64,000 nucleotides of DNA from positions 25,196 through 89,195 of the forward strand of contig JBBREA010000001.1 in the NCBI GenBank assembly GCA_038203385.1, read 5' to 3'. The position numbers were made by a program, and so were the translations under genes. This DNA is from Acidimicrobiales bacterium (GTDB lineage: Bacteria > Actinomycetota > Acidimicrobiia > Acidimicrobiales > Ilumatobacteraceae). The notes beneath the pieces were generated by a model that worked only from the letters and a program-made list of their open reading frames with translations, had not been told where the DNA came from and made no database searches. Positions 39,384 to 48,143 of the stretch are shown piece after piece; position 1 is the first letter of the stretch, and each line of letters opens with the position of its first letter.

Positions 39384-39672
39384 GAGGCGCGGCGGTCGAG
39401 GGTCCTGTCGACGCAGCGGCGGCGGCACCCTCCGCAAGCCCCGCTACGCCGTCGAGGGCGGCCGCGATGACGGTCAGCTGTTGGTTGATGCGGGTGACCG
39501 ACGGTCCGATCGTCTCGCACTGCGTCTCGATGGCGCGGACCCCGAACGTCACCTTGCCGAGCAGATCGCTGGTTGCCCGCAGCGAACGGCCGATACGCGC
39601 AAGGTACACGGCGAGCGCGCCGATGACGAGAGCGATCTCCATGACGGTGGCGATGATGAGCAGCGTGCGCAC
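39376..39672 (-). CDS. Short single-TM hydrogenase-associated protein
   Basis: N-terminal TM and helical tail. LGKVTFGVRAI shared with 53931-54194. Confidence 0.75.
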   Translation of the reverse strand: MRTLLIIATVMEIALVIGALAVYLARIGRSLRATSDLLGKVTFGVRAIETQCETIGPSVTRINQQLTVIAAALDGVAGLAEGAAAAASTGPSTAAPHV

Positions 39673-39673
39673 G

Positions 39674-39928
39674 TCAGCTCTGCTCCCGGAGGAACGCGTC
39701 GTGGCGGAGTGCCTCGGCGGTCAGCGAGTCGAGTTTGTCGGATGTGGTGTGCAAGAGCCAGGTCGTCGCTGTGTTGCGGGCGACGGCCTTGCCAGCACCC
39801 CAGATGGCCTCGGCCCCGTGTTCGATCCGACGTACGTGGTTGAGGAAGATCTGGAGCAGGACGACCGCGACGACCGCTACCACGAGACCGAGACCGAGGG
39901 TGATCGCCCAATACCCGTTCGTCGACAT
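39674..39928 (-). CDS. Short single-TM hydrogenase-associated protein
   Basis: TM WAITLGLGLVVAVVAVVLL and amphipathic tail. Translationally coupled. Confidence 0.75.
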   Translation of the reverse strand: MSTNGYWAITLGLGLVVAVVAVVLLQIFLNHVRRIEHGAEAIWGAGKAVARNTATTWLLHTTSDKLDSLTAEALRHDAFLREQS

Positions 39929-40179
39929 CAGGGCACCGCCTTCGATGCCAGGTGCTCACGGGCGCTGGTCGCGGCTGCGACGATTCGTGTCGCCACCTGG
40001 TTGGTGTCGTCTACTGCCCAGAGCGCGAGCGTGTTCGCCTGCGCCGCCTCGAGCGCAGCAAAAATGTCCTCCGCCTTGCCCGCCGCCCTCGCAGCACCTC
40101 TGATCATCAGTAGCAGGAGCACGACGACGATCGCGACGACCGCTGCTCCGATCAACCAACCCAAAACCCATCCGCTCAC
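39928..40179 (-). CDS. Short single-TM hydrogenase-associated protein
   Basis: GTG 40179, TM GWLIGAAVVAIVVVLLLLMI. Confidence 0.72.
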   Translation of the reverse strand: MSGWVLGWLIGAAVVAIVVVLLLLMIRGAARAAGKAEDIFAALEAAQANTLALWAVDDTNQVATRIVAAATSAREHLASKAVP

Positions 40180-40207
40180 GGTCGACCCCCGTTTCGCATG
40201 CTCGTAG

Positions 40208-40277
40208 TAGATGCAATATACACCGACCGGCCCGCCGACGATGCACCGGAGAACCCAATAGGTGTATCTTGCACCTA
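40208..40277. promoter_or_regulatory. Pair of inverted 17-bp operator-like sites in the divergent hydrogenase promoter
   Basis: tagatgcaatatacacc (40208-40224) vs ggtgtatcttgcaccta (40261-40277) match 15/17 as inverted copies. Each contains GTGTA-N3-TGCAY. Confidence 0.55.
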
Positions 40278-40301
40278 GACGCACGATGGAGGGGGTTTCC
40301 G

Positions 40302-41651
40302 ATGTCCCAGGATGGCGACGGCCAGCCCGAACCGGTCGACGCACCGACCGCAGGGCAACCACACGGAACTGGCGCTGGTCCCGACCACGCTGGCGGTGTT
40401 TCCACCGACTCGCCGGCAACGGCGGGCGAGCCCGTCTCACTCGGCCAGGGCGGCGCGATGCCCGGCGGCGCGGAGATGGACCAATGGGAGTCCTCCAGCA
40501 TCGATCCGCTGGCGCCGATCGCGATCCGCAGCCGGTCGATGGTCGAGCCAGATGACACGTTGCGCATCGGCCCGCTGCGCAAGATCTATCTCATCTGGCT
40601 CGTCGGCGCATCGTGTGACGGTTGCACGGTCGCCGTGTCGGGCGCGACGCACCCGCGCGTCGAGCACCTCCTCGCAGGGATCATCCCGGGGCTTCCGCGC
40701 GTGGAGATCATCCACACCGTCTTGTCCGTCGAGTCTGGCGCGGAGTGGGTTGCAAATCTGTTCATGGCAGAGGCCGGCGAGCTCGACGCCCCCTACGTGA
40801 TCACATGGGAGGGATCGGTGATGGACGAGACCCTCTCCGGCGACGGCTACTGGATGGGCCTCGGCGAGGACCCCGAGACGGGGCGCCAGATCACCAGCCT
40901 CGAGTGGCTCGATCGCCTGGCACCGGGCGCTGCGGCGGTGATCGCCATCGGCACCTGTGCGACGTGGGGCGGAATCCCGGCGGCGAAGGGCAACCCGACC
41001 AACGCGATGGGGGTGATGGACCACCTCGGCAAGGACTACGTCTCCGCGCTGGGAGTGCCGGTGGTCAACGTCCCCGGCTGTGCCCCGGTGGGCGACAACT
41101 ACCTGGAGACGGCAGCGGCGGTGCTGCTGTTCTTGAACGGGATCGCACCGCTACCGGAATTCGACGAGCTCGGGCGACCGGCGTGGCTGTTCGGCGAGAC
41201 GGTCCATCGGCACTGCCCCCGCGCCGGCTACTACGAGGAGGGCGTGTTCGCCGAGGCGTATGGCGACAAGGAGTGCCTGGTCGAGCTCGGCTGCTGGGGG
41301 CCCGTGGTTCAGTGCAACATCGCCGAGCGAGGCATGCTCGACGGACACGGCGGCTGCATGCAGATGGGCGGGATTTGCATCGGGTGCACCATGCCGGGTT
41401 TCCCCGACAAGTTCTCGCCGTTTTACGAGGCACCCCCAGGTGCCATGTTGTCGAGTACGACGAGCAGGGTCACCGGCGGGTTCATCCGGCGAATGCGCGA
41501 GGTGAGCCAGGCCGACAAGAACATGTCTGCGCGCTGGGAAGACGACGCGCCAAGTGCATGGGCGCGCAACCGCACGGGGCCGCGGGGCGCCGTCAAGCTG
41601 CTGCACCGGTTCTATTCCAAGCATCAGCACTCGAAAGAGTCCTACAACTAA
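40302..41651 (+). CDS. [NiFe]-hydrogenase small subunit (no Tat signal)
   Basis: SCDGC, GTCATWGGIP, PGCAP, HRHC, CLVELGC, GGICIGCTMPGFPD. GGAGG RBS. Confidence 0.93.
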   Translation: MSQDGDGQPEPVDAPTAGQPHGTGAGPDHAGGVSTDSPATAGEPVSLGQGGAMPGGAEMDQWESSSIDPLAPIAIRSRSMVEPDDTLRIGPLRKIYLIWLVGASCDGCTVAVSGATHPRVEHLLAGIIPGLPRVEIIHTVLSVESGAEWVANLFMAEAGELDAPYVITWEGSVMDETLSGDGYWMGLGEDPETGRQITSLEWLDRLAPGAAAVIAIGTCATWGGIPAAKGNPTNAMGVMDHLGKDYVSALGVPVVNVPGCAPVGDNYLETAAAVLLFLNGIAPLPEFDELGRPAWLFGETVHRHCPRAGYYEEGVFAEAYGDKECLVELGCWGPVVQCNIAERGMLDGHGGCMQMGGICIGCTMPGFPDKFSPFYEAPPGAMLSSTTSRVTGGFIRRMREVSQADKNMSARWEDDAPSAWARNRTGPRGAVKLLHRFYSKHQHSKESYN

Positions 41652-41670
41652 CCCGGCCGGAGGGCTCACA

Positions 41671-43551
41671 ATGTGCTTCAAGAACCTGCCCATCGAGTTC
41701 GACCTCGACGGCAACGCCCGACTGCGAGACGGCATCGACGACCCGTACGCCGTGACGGTGGCTGCACCGAAGGAGTACGTGCGGCTGCCCGACGGCCCCG
41801 GGGCCACGTCGGCGGCGCCGCCACGTCTGCGCGACTGGAGCATCGACCCGGTGACGCGTGTCGCCGGCGCGCTGGCAGTGCACACCGTGCTCGATCTCGA
41901 CAAGCGCGAAGCGGTCGAGGCCCACTCCCAGGCGATGCTCTTCCGTGGGTACGAGGTGATCCTCAAGGGCCGAGACCCGCGCGACGCGATCGACATCAGC
42001 TCGCGGGCGTGTGGCGTGTGCGGTGGCGTCCACTCCACGGTCTCGGCGCTCGCGATCGAGCAGGCGTTCGGGATCTGTCCGCCTCCGCTCGGCGTCCTCG
42101 TTCGCAACCTCGGCGAGGTCGGGGAGATGTTCTACGACCATCCGCTCCATCTAGGTCTCCTCGCCGGGCCGGATTACTCCACCTCCATCGTCGCCGTCAC
42201 CAACCCCGAACTCGTCACGCTGGCCGAGCGCACGCCCGCCCGTCATGCCGACGTGCACGGGTTCAAGACGATGAAGGACCTCATGGATGCCCTCAACCCG
42301 TTGACGGGCAAGATCTACCTCGAGTCGCTCGAGTACACCCGCGTCGGCCGGATCATGTGCATGCAGATGTACGGAAAGTACCCGCATCCCTCGACGCTGG
42401 TCCCGGGTGGCGTGTCGACCACGATCAGCACGTCGTCGTTCAACGAGTACTACACCCAGCTCGGCAAGATCTTCGACTACTGCAAGGTCATGGCGGCCAC
42501 GTGGGACGACATCGCCGACTTTTTTCTCGAGGCGAACCCCGAGTACGAGCGGGTCGGCGCCCGACCCACCAACCTGATCCAGACCGGCATCTGGGACGAC
42601 CCGGAGGCGTACGACGCGACCTACGCGAACTGCAACGAGTGGGGCGACAAACGGTGGGCGCTGCCGGGGATCATCCTCGACGGCGAGCTGCGTACGACCC
42701 GATTGACAGACATCAACATGGGGGTCGAGGAGTTCGTCGAGCACTCCTACTACGACGACTGGACGGTCGGGACCACACCCCGGTTCGCCGCCGATCCGCT
42801 CGGCAACCCGATCTCGCCCTACCACGCCTGGAACAAGGAGACGATCCCCCGCCCGCAGGGCAAGAACTTCAAGGAGAAGTACAGCTGGGATTGCGCGCCG
42901 CGGTGGGACCGACAGGTGATGGAGACCGGCACCTACGGGCGGATGTGGACGACAGCGCTCGCCGGCCGCACCCCCGACAACCCGTTCCTCGAATCCACCG
43001 GCGACGGGCTGCGGATCGTCCTCCCCCGCCATGGGCTGCCCGAGATGGAGCTCAATTGGAAGGTCCCGCGGACGCTCAACGCCCTCGAGCGCAACCGTGG
43101 CCGTGCGTACGCAATGGGTTTCACCGCTGCGATCGGCATGAACTGCATCCTCAAGGCGTTCGAATACTGGCGCAACGGCGAGACGGCGGTCAGTGTGCCG
43201 TACAAGGTGCCCAAGGACGAGCGAGTGGCAGTGGGATTCTGGGAGGCCGGCCGCGGGTTCCTCACCCATCACCTACACATGGACGGTGGAAAGATCGTGA
43301 ACTACCAGATCAACACCCCATCCACGTGGAACGCCTCGCCGCGCGACCCCTTCGGCAACCCAGGCCCGTATGAGCAAGCGATCGTCGGAACCCCGATCTT
43401 GGAGAGCGTGAGCGACGAAAACGTGAAGGGGATCGACATCCTGCGCGCCATCCGCAGCTTCGACCCCTGCATGCCGTGCACCACGCACATGGATACCGGC
43501 AGAGGTGTCATTGTGCGTGAGGTGAACTCCTGCGGCTGCACGCTCGAATGA
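41671..43551 (+). CDS. [NiFe]-hydrogenase large subunit (group 1, probably 1l-like)
   Basis: IDPVTRVAG, L1 SRACGVCGGVH, L2 RSFDPCMPCTTH with a C-terminal extension. Confidence 0.95.
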   Translation: MCFKNLPIEFDLDGNARLRDGIDDPYAVTVAAPKEYVRLPDGPGATSAAPPRLRDWSIDPVTRVAGALAVHTVLDLDKREAVEAHSQAMLFRGYEVILKGRDPRDAIDISSRACGVCGGVHSTVSALAIEQAFGICPPPLGVLVRNLGEVGEMFYDHPLHLGLLAGPDYSTSIVAVTNPELVTLAERTPARHADVHGFKTMKDLMDALNPLTGKIYLESLEYTRVGRIMCMQMYGKYPHPSTLVPGGVSTTISTSSFNEYYTQLGKIFDYCKVMAATWDDIADFFLEANPEYERVGARPTNLIQTGIWDDPEAYDATYANCNEWGDKRWALPGIILDGELRTTRLTDINMGVEEFVEHSYYDDWTVGTTPRFAADPLGNPISPYHAWNKETIPRPQGKNFKEKYSWDCAPRWDRQVMETGTYGRMWTTALAGRTPDNPFLESTGDGLRIVLPRHGLPEMELNWKVPRTLNALERNRGRAYAMGFTAAIGMNCILKAFEYWRNGETAVSVPYKVPKDERVAVGFWEAGRGFLTHHLHMDGGKIVNYQINTPSTWNASPRDPFGNPGPYEQAIVGTPILESVSDENVKGIDILRAIRSFDPCMPCTTHMDTGRGVIVREVNSCGCTLE

Positions 43552-44045
43552 CGGGACCCGTTCTCGTCGGTGGCGTCGGCCTGCCATGGCTCCGCGACCT
43601 CGACTTCGGGACCCAGTTCATCGTGCGCGTCGAGTCCGAGAGCTGGCCGGATGACGTCATCCTCGAGGACCTCTCGTATGCGGCGCACCGAGTCCTACAT
43701 CGCCTCCAGGAAATCGTTCCCCGCAAGGTCGTGCTCGTCGGCGCGATGCCACGAGACGTCGACCCGCCAGGCACCATCCGCTGCTACACGCTGGACCTGA
43801 CCCCGCCCCCGCCCGAGGAGGTCCATGAGCGCCTTACCGAAGCAGTCGGGGGGATCATCGACCTGGACCACACTCTTGCCGTCGTGCGCCATTGGCACGC
43901 GCTCCCGGAGGACACCACGGTCATCGAGGTCGAGCCGGCTGACCGTTCGTTCGGCCTTGGGTTCAGCGAGCCCGTGGAAGCCGCAGTGGAGGAAGTCCTC
44001 CGGCTCGTGCGCCAGAAGGTCGGCGCGATAGAGCCGCGGACATGA
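43548..44045 (+). CDS. Hydrogenase maturation endopeptidase
   Basis: GGVGLPWLRDLDFG N-terminal motif, directly after the large subunit. Confidence 0.8.
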   Translation: MTGPVLVGGVGLPWLRDLDFGTQFIVRVESESWPDDVILEDLSYAAHRVLHRLQEIVPRKVVLVGAMPRDVDPPGTIRCYTLDLTPPPPEEVHERLTEAVGGIIDLDHTLAVVRHWHALPEDTTVIEVEPADRSFGLGFSEPVEAAVEEVLRLVRQKVGAIEPRT

Positions 44046-44653
44046 CCGCATTCAGCGACGAACTGCCGCACGACGAGGTACTGGCAGCGATCGCTGCACT
44101 CGCCGAGAAGCTCAGCGAGCACCCAGACGTGGGACAGGAGGTGCTGGAACTTCTCGACTGGGTCGATGCGTTTCATCGCGAGGGGCTCGGTCGACTCGTC
44201 GAGATGATCCGTGCGTGGCGCGGCGAGATCTTTCTCGAGTCGGTCGCCGGTGATGTCGTAGCCGGCGGACTCCTCGCCGCTTACGATCTCGGCGAGGGTG
44301 CACGGGAATCGGCGGAGGCGGCCGTCGAACGCGCAATGGCCGAGATCCGCCCGTTCGCGGCTTCTCACGGCGGTGACATCGAGGTCATCGGCATCTACGA
44401 CGGCGTGGTCGAGGTCCGTCTGCGCGGCACCTGCGACGGATGCCCGAGCTCGGCAGCGACGCTGACGCATGGGGTGGAGGAGGCCCTGCGCCGGCAGTGG
44501 GTGAATTTCCGCCGGCTCGACCTTGCTGAGGCCGCCACGGTGGACTCGGCCAAGGCCGACCTGATCTGCCCGGTGCCCGAACCGCCGCAAATCGCCATGT
44601 CCGATGCCGTTCGACCGCAGCGGGTGCAGATCCGCGGCCATGAGCTCGCCTGA
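44042..44653 (+). CDS. NifU-like (NfuA-type) Fe-S carrier
   Basis: IRPFAASHGGDIE, LRGTCDGCPSS. Confidence 0.88.
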   Translation: MTAFSDELPHDEVLAAIAALAEKLSEHPDVGQEVLELLDWVDAFHREGLGRLVEMIRAWRGEIFLESVAGDVVAGGLLAAYDLGEGARESAEAAVERAMAEIRPFAASHGGDIEVIGIYDGVVEVRLRGTCDGCPSSAATLTHGVEEALRRQWVNFRRLDLAEAATVDSAKADLICPVPEPPQIAMSDAVRPQRVQIRGHELA

Positions 44654-44662
44654 CTGGGGCCC

Positions 44663-45130
44663 GTGATGGACGTCGATCCGACATCGCTCGCCTTCCGGGC
44701 GCGAGCCCTCGCGCAAGCGCACGCCCTGAGCGGTGCGGCACAGCGGATGATGAACCGGGCGGTGGCCGATGAGGCGCGCACGCAACCGCGTCCCGAACTC
44801 GGCGCCTGGGCCGGTGCCGCCTTCACCCAGGGCTACTGCCTCCGACGGGTCCAGGAGGATGGCACCGTCTTCGAGGACTTCGCGCCGGACGACGACGCGC
44901 TCGATCGGGCAGGAACCGAACGAGCCGCCGAACTGCGCACGAACTCCGCCGACGTCGTGACCGTTGCGGCGCTCGACCTGATCGTCGGGTCGCAGGTCGA
45001 GCAGCGCGTCGAACCATGGCGCGACGAGATCGACGACGCGACGCGGCTCGAACTCGAGCAGTACCTCACGTGGTGGGTGGTCAAGGGGTACGGCGTTCGG
45101 GTCGCCGAGACATCGGGCCCGGCGCCGTGA
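44663..45130 (+). CDS. Hypothetical hydrogenase-operon protein
   Basis: Coupled within the operon. Internal repeat-like GYCLRRVQE / GYGVRVAE. Confidence 0.7.
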   Translation: MMDVDPTSLAFRARALAQAHALSGAAQRMMNRAVADEARTQPRPELGAWAGAAFTQGYCLRRVQEDGTVFEDFAPDDDALDRAGTERAAELRTNSADVVTVAALDLIVGSQVEQRVEPWRDEIDDATRLELEQYLTWWVVKGYGVRVAETSGPAP

Positions 45131-45630
45131 CGCGGGTGCTGATCGCGGGGGTGGGCAACGTGCTGCGCGGTGACGACGGTTTCGGAGTGGAGGTCGCACA
45201 CCGCCTCGAGGAAATGGCGCTGCCAGCCGGTATCCGAGTGGTGGAGACGGGCATCGGCGGCATCGCACTCGTTCAGGAGTTGCAGGATGGATGGGATGCG
45301 TTGATCGTCATCGACACGGTCGACCGCTCGCGTGCGCCCGGGACAGTGATGGTGATCGAGCCTGACATCGTCGACGTCGAAGCGCTCAGCTGGAGCGAGC
45401 GTCACGACCTGCTCGCCGACATGCACCTCGCCACCCCCGCACGTGCGCTGATGCTCGCGCGCGCCCTCGGCGTACTGCCCCCGGTCGTGCGGCTGGTGGG
45501 ATGCCAGCCGGTCGACGCCGAACGAGTCGGGATCGGACTCGACCCGATGATGGTCTCGTCGGTCGACGTGGCGGTGCGGCAAGTGCTCGACGAGGTCACC
45601 CGGCTGATCGCGCTGCCACTCGATGGTTGA
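45127..45630 (+). CDS. Hydrogenase maturation endopeptidase (second)
   Basis: IAGVGNVLRGDDGFGVEV, DMH, VGCQP. Confidence 0.9.
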   Translation: MTRVLIAGVGNVLRGDDGFGVEVAHRLEEMALPAGIRVVETGIGGIALVQELQDGWDALIVIDTVDRSRAPGTVMVIEPDIVDVEALSWSERHDLLADMHLATPARALMLARALGVLPPVVRLVGCQPVDAERVGIGLDPMMVSSVDVAVRQVLDEVTRLIALPLDG

Positions 45631-45635
45631 CGCCG

Positions 45636-46955
45636 ATGACTGACGAGGCCTCCTCGATAGCGCGGCTCGAAGAGGAACTGCTGGCGACGCCGAAGGAGAC
45701 CAAACCGTACGAACAGGCCCTCGTCGCCCACCGGCTCGGACTCGCTCGCGCCGAAGCAGCATCCGGCTCGTCGGCGGACGGCCTCCGCCGTTCACTCGAG
45801 AACTTCGACGTGGCTGCTGCGCTGCTCGACCCGCGCTATCACCCCATCGAGCACGGGCGGGTGCTGACGGCAGCTGGCTCCATCCGACGCAGTCTGGGTG
45901 AGCCCCACCGTGCCCTCGAGCTCTTCACTCGCGCCGCCCAACTGACCATCGGCCGGCTGAGCACCAACGAGGCGGCTGCGATGCACAACAACATCGGCCT
46001 CGCGCTGCTCGACGTCGGCGACCGCCTCCGTGCGATCGAACAGTTCGGTGAGGCGGTCGCGATGTTCGACGTCATCAGCGCCGAAGGGCGCCGCGGAACG
46101 GCCGCCGCACTGCACAACAGGGGTCTCGCTCGGGCGGAGTCCGGCCAGACGGCGGATCTCGTCGCCGCCATCGCCGACCACGATCTCGCCTTGGGGTCAG
46201 TCGACTTCGAGGAGGCGCCGCTCCATCATGGGCTCGTCCATCAGAGTCGCGGCGTGGCTGCCGCAGCCATGGCGGCCGCCGATCCCGATGCGGCTGCGAG
46301 CTGGCGCACGGCTGCGACCGCATCGTTCACGTCGGCGCTCGACGTGTTCACCTGGCCGGATCACCCAGTCCACCACGGCATCGTCAGCTACAACCTCGGC
46401 CGGATATGCGCCGCTGGTGCGTCGCTCGCCGAGCGCCGGCTGGCGGTGGTGTGCTTCGAGGATGCCGTCATGGCTTTCGACCCGCGCCGACAGGCAGCTC
46501 CGTGGCGCGAGGCCTACGACGCTCTGGCAAAGGCCGAACAACTGCTCGCGCTCGAGCATCCTGGCTGGAACCGCTCCGACCATCTGGTGGCGTTGCTGCA
46601 CGCCGATCCCAATGGCGCCCAACGGTTGATCCGTCGACGTCTCGTCCGCTGGCTGGCGTCGCCGCCGCCGGCACGCGACGCAGCCCTGGCCGACCTCGTT
46701 CGCGCCATCACGCAGGCCGAATGGCAGATCGGAAGCGGGGCGCTGCTCCTGGTCCTGTCCAGCGTGATGGAACTGCCGCTCCAGGCGCAGACGGCAGTGT
46801 TCGACGCCCTGGTCACCGTTCGGAGCTCCGCCGACGCAACAAGACGCGAAGTCCTCGATCGGCTGGTCGATCGTGCAATCGGCGAGGCGTTGAACGGCCC
46901 TCAGCGTGTTTTCGTGCGGGATCACCTGACCAACGGAGGTTTCGAACGACCATGA
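45636..46955 (+). CDS. TPR-repeat protein
   Basis: Repeated HNNIGLAL / LHNRGLA / YNLG helices. Confidence 0.78.
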   Translation: MTDEASSIARLEEELLATPKETKPYEQALVAHRLGLARAEAASGSSADGLRRSLENFDVAAALLDPRYHPIEHGRVLTAAGSIRRSLGEPHRALELFTRAAQLTIGRLSTNEAAAMHNNIGLALLDVGDRLRAIEQFGEAVAMFDVISAEGRRGTAAALHNRGLARAESGQTADLVAAIADHDLALGSVDFEEAPLHHGLVHQSRGVAAAAMAAADPDAAASWRTAATASFTSALDVFTWPDHPVHHGIVSYNLGRICAAGASLAERRLAVVCFEDAVMAFDPRRQAAPWREAYDALAKAEQLLALEHPGWNRSDHLVALLHADPNGAQRLIRRRLVRWLASPPPARDAALADLVRAITQAEWQIGSGALLLVLSSVMELPLQAQTAVFDALVTVRSSADATRREVLDRLVDRAIGEALNGPQRVFVRDHLTNGGFERP

Positions 46956-47386
46956 ACTCGCACAACGCAGCCGACCCTGTCGCGGCTGCGCGAGCCTTCG
47001 TCGGCGCCATCGCCTGGAACGAGCACACGACCGTGTGGGATCTCCTCGCCCCGACTGCTCGGGCCGCGGTACTCGACCTCGCGACGCGTCGCGGCATGGA
47101 TCCGTTGCTCGCAGCGCGTCTTCGCGAGGGCACGACCGGGACCGAGGAACGCGACCAGTTCCTCGCCGACTTGCTCCGAGGCCTGGCCAGGGAGCTACCC
47201 GGAGTCGACCTCGACACCGTGCGATGCGCGCCCGGAGGAGAAGGAACGACGGTCGCTGGTTCCACGCTCGTCCACCTTTCCGTCTCTGCACCAGCCGAAC
47301 TCGGTGGAGACGTGCCCGTCGGTCAGGTCGAACTCGTGGCGGACAGTGACGGTCGCTGGTCGGTCATACGACTCGACGGCGTCTGA
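46952..47386 (+). CDS. Hypothetical protein (NTF2-like pattern)
   Basis: Coupled ATG, AARAFVGAI...WDLLAP...DGRWSVIRL. Confidence 0.65.
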   Translation: MNSHNAADPVAAARAFVGAIAWNEHTTVWDLLAPTARAAVLDLATRRGMDPLLAARLREGTTGTEERDQFLADLLRGLARELPGVDLDTVRCAPGGEGTTVAGSTLVHLSVSAPAELGGDVPVGQVELVADSDGRWSVIRLDGV

Positions 47387-48084
47387 TGAGCGATGCGCAT
47401 CGACACTTCGAGGTTGCGGTCAACGCGGAAGCTCTAGCCCTGGCGTGGGCACGCCAGGAAGGTGCGCCGACCGGCGCCGTCGTGACCGTCGACCACGAGA
47501 TCAGCCCGCGCGGCAGACTCGGCCGTCTGTGGCCCCAAGCCCAGGAGCGCACGGCGGTGCTCGCGATGGTGTGGCGCCCGACGTTGCGGGCCGAGGAGGC
47601 GGACCTGGTGTGGGCCGCCTCGTCCCTCGGTCTGGTGGAGGCCGCACGTGCCATTCTCGGAGGAGGCACCGCAAGGACATGGTGGCCGGAGATGGTGGTC
47701 GACGCCGACGAGCGCCGGATCGGGGAACTGCGCGCCGAGGTGCAGCTCGGGCCTGGGCGCGTCGCGTCTGCTGTGATCACTGCACGGCTCGACCTCGAGG
47801 CTTTCCCCGGCGTCGACCGCGATGTCGCCACCGCGGAGATGATCGACGCGCTGAGGAACGGCATCGACCACCTGAACGGTGGCCTCGACGAGCTTCGCGC
47901 TTCCTACTCCCGATCGTGCGTCCTCATCGGTCGTCGGGTCACAGCGCGCCTGCTACCGCGTGGCGCGGCCCGCGGCGCAGTGCGCGGCATCGACGAACTC
48001 GGGCGGCTCCAGCTGGTGTCCGCCACAGGTCTGGTCGAGTGCGTCCCGGTTGTCGGCTTCGATCGCATCGAGATCGCCGCGTAG
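47386..48084 (+). CDS. Divergent biotin-protein-ligase (BirA)-like protein
   Basis: PRGRLGRLW biotin-loop-like motif and C-terminal GAVRGIDELGRLQL SH3-like domain. KWPND and the catalytic Lys are replaced. Confidence 0.7.
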   Translation: MSDAHRHFEVAVNAEALALAWARQEGAPTGAVVTVDHEISPRGRLGRLWPQAQERTAVLAMVWRPTLRAEEADLVWAASSLGLVEAARAILGGGTARTWWPEMVVDADERRIGELRAEVQLGPGRVASAVITARLDLEAFPGVDRDVATAEMIDALRNGIDHLNGGLDELRASYSRSCVLIGRRVTARLLPRGAARGAVRGIDELGRLQLVSATGLVECVPVVGFDRIEIAA

Positions 48085-48143
48085 CGCCGCGTTGTGGCTC
48101 AGTCTCAGCATGACGTTGCATGGCGTGACCGCCGACGACCGCC

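Noticed and set aside
43461-43487. [NiFeSe]-hydrogenase
   Set aside because: The L2 motif is encoded GAC CCC TGC ATG CCG TGC, so both ligands are Cys.
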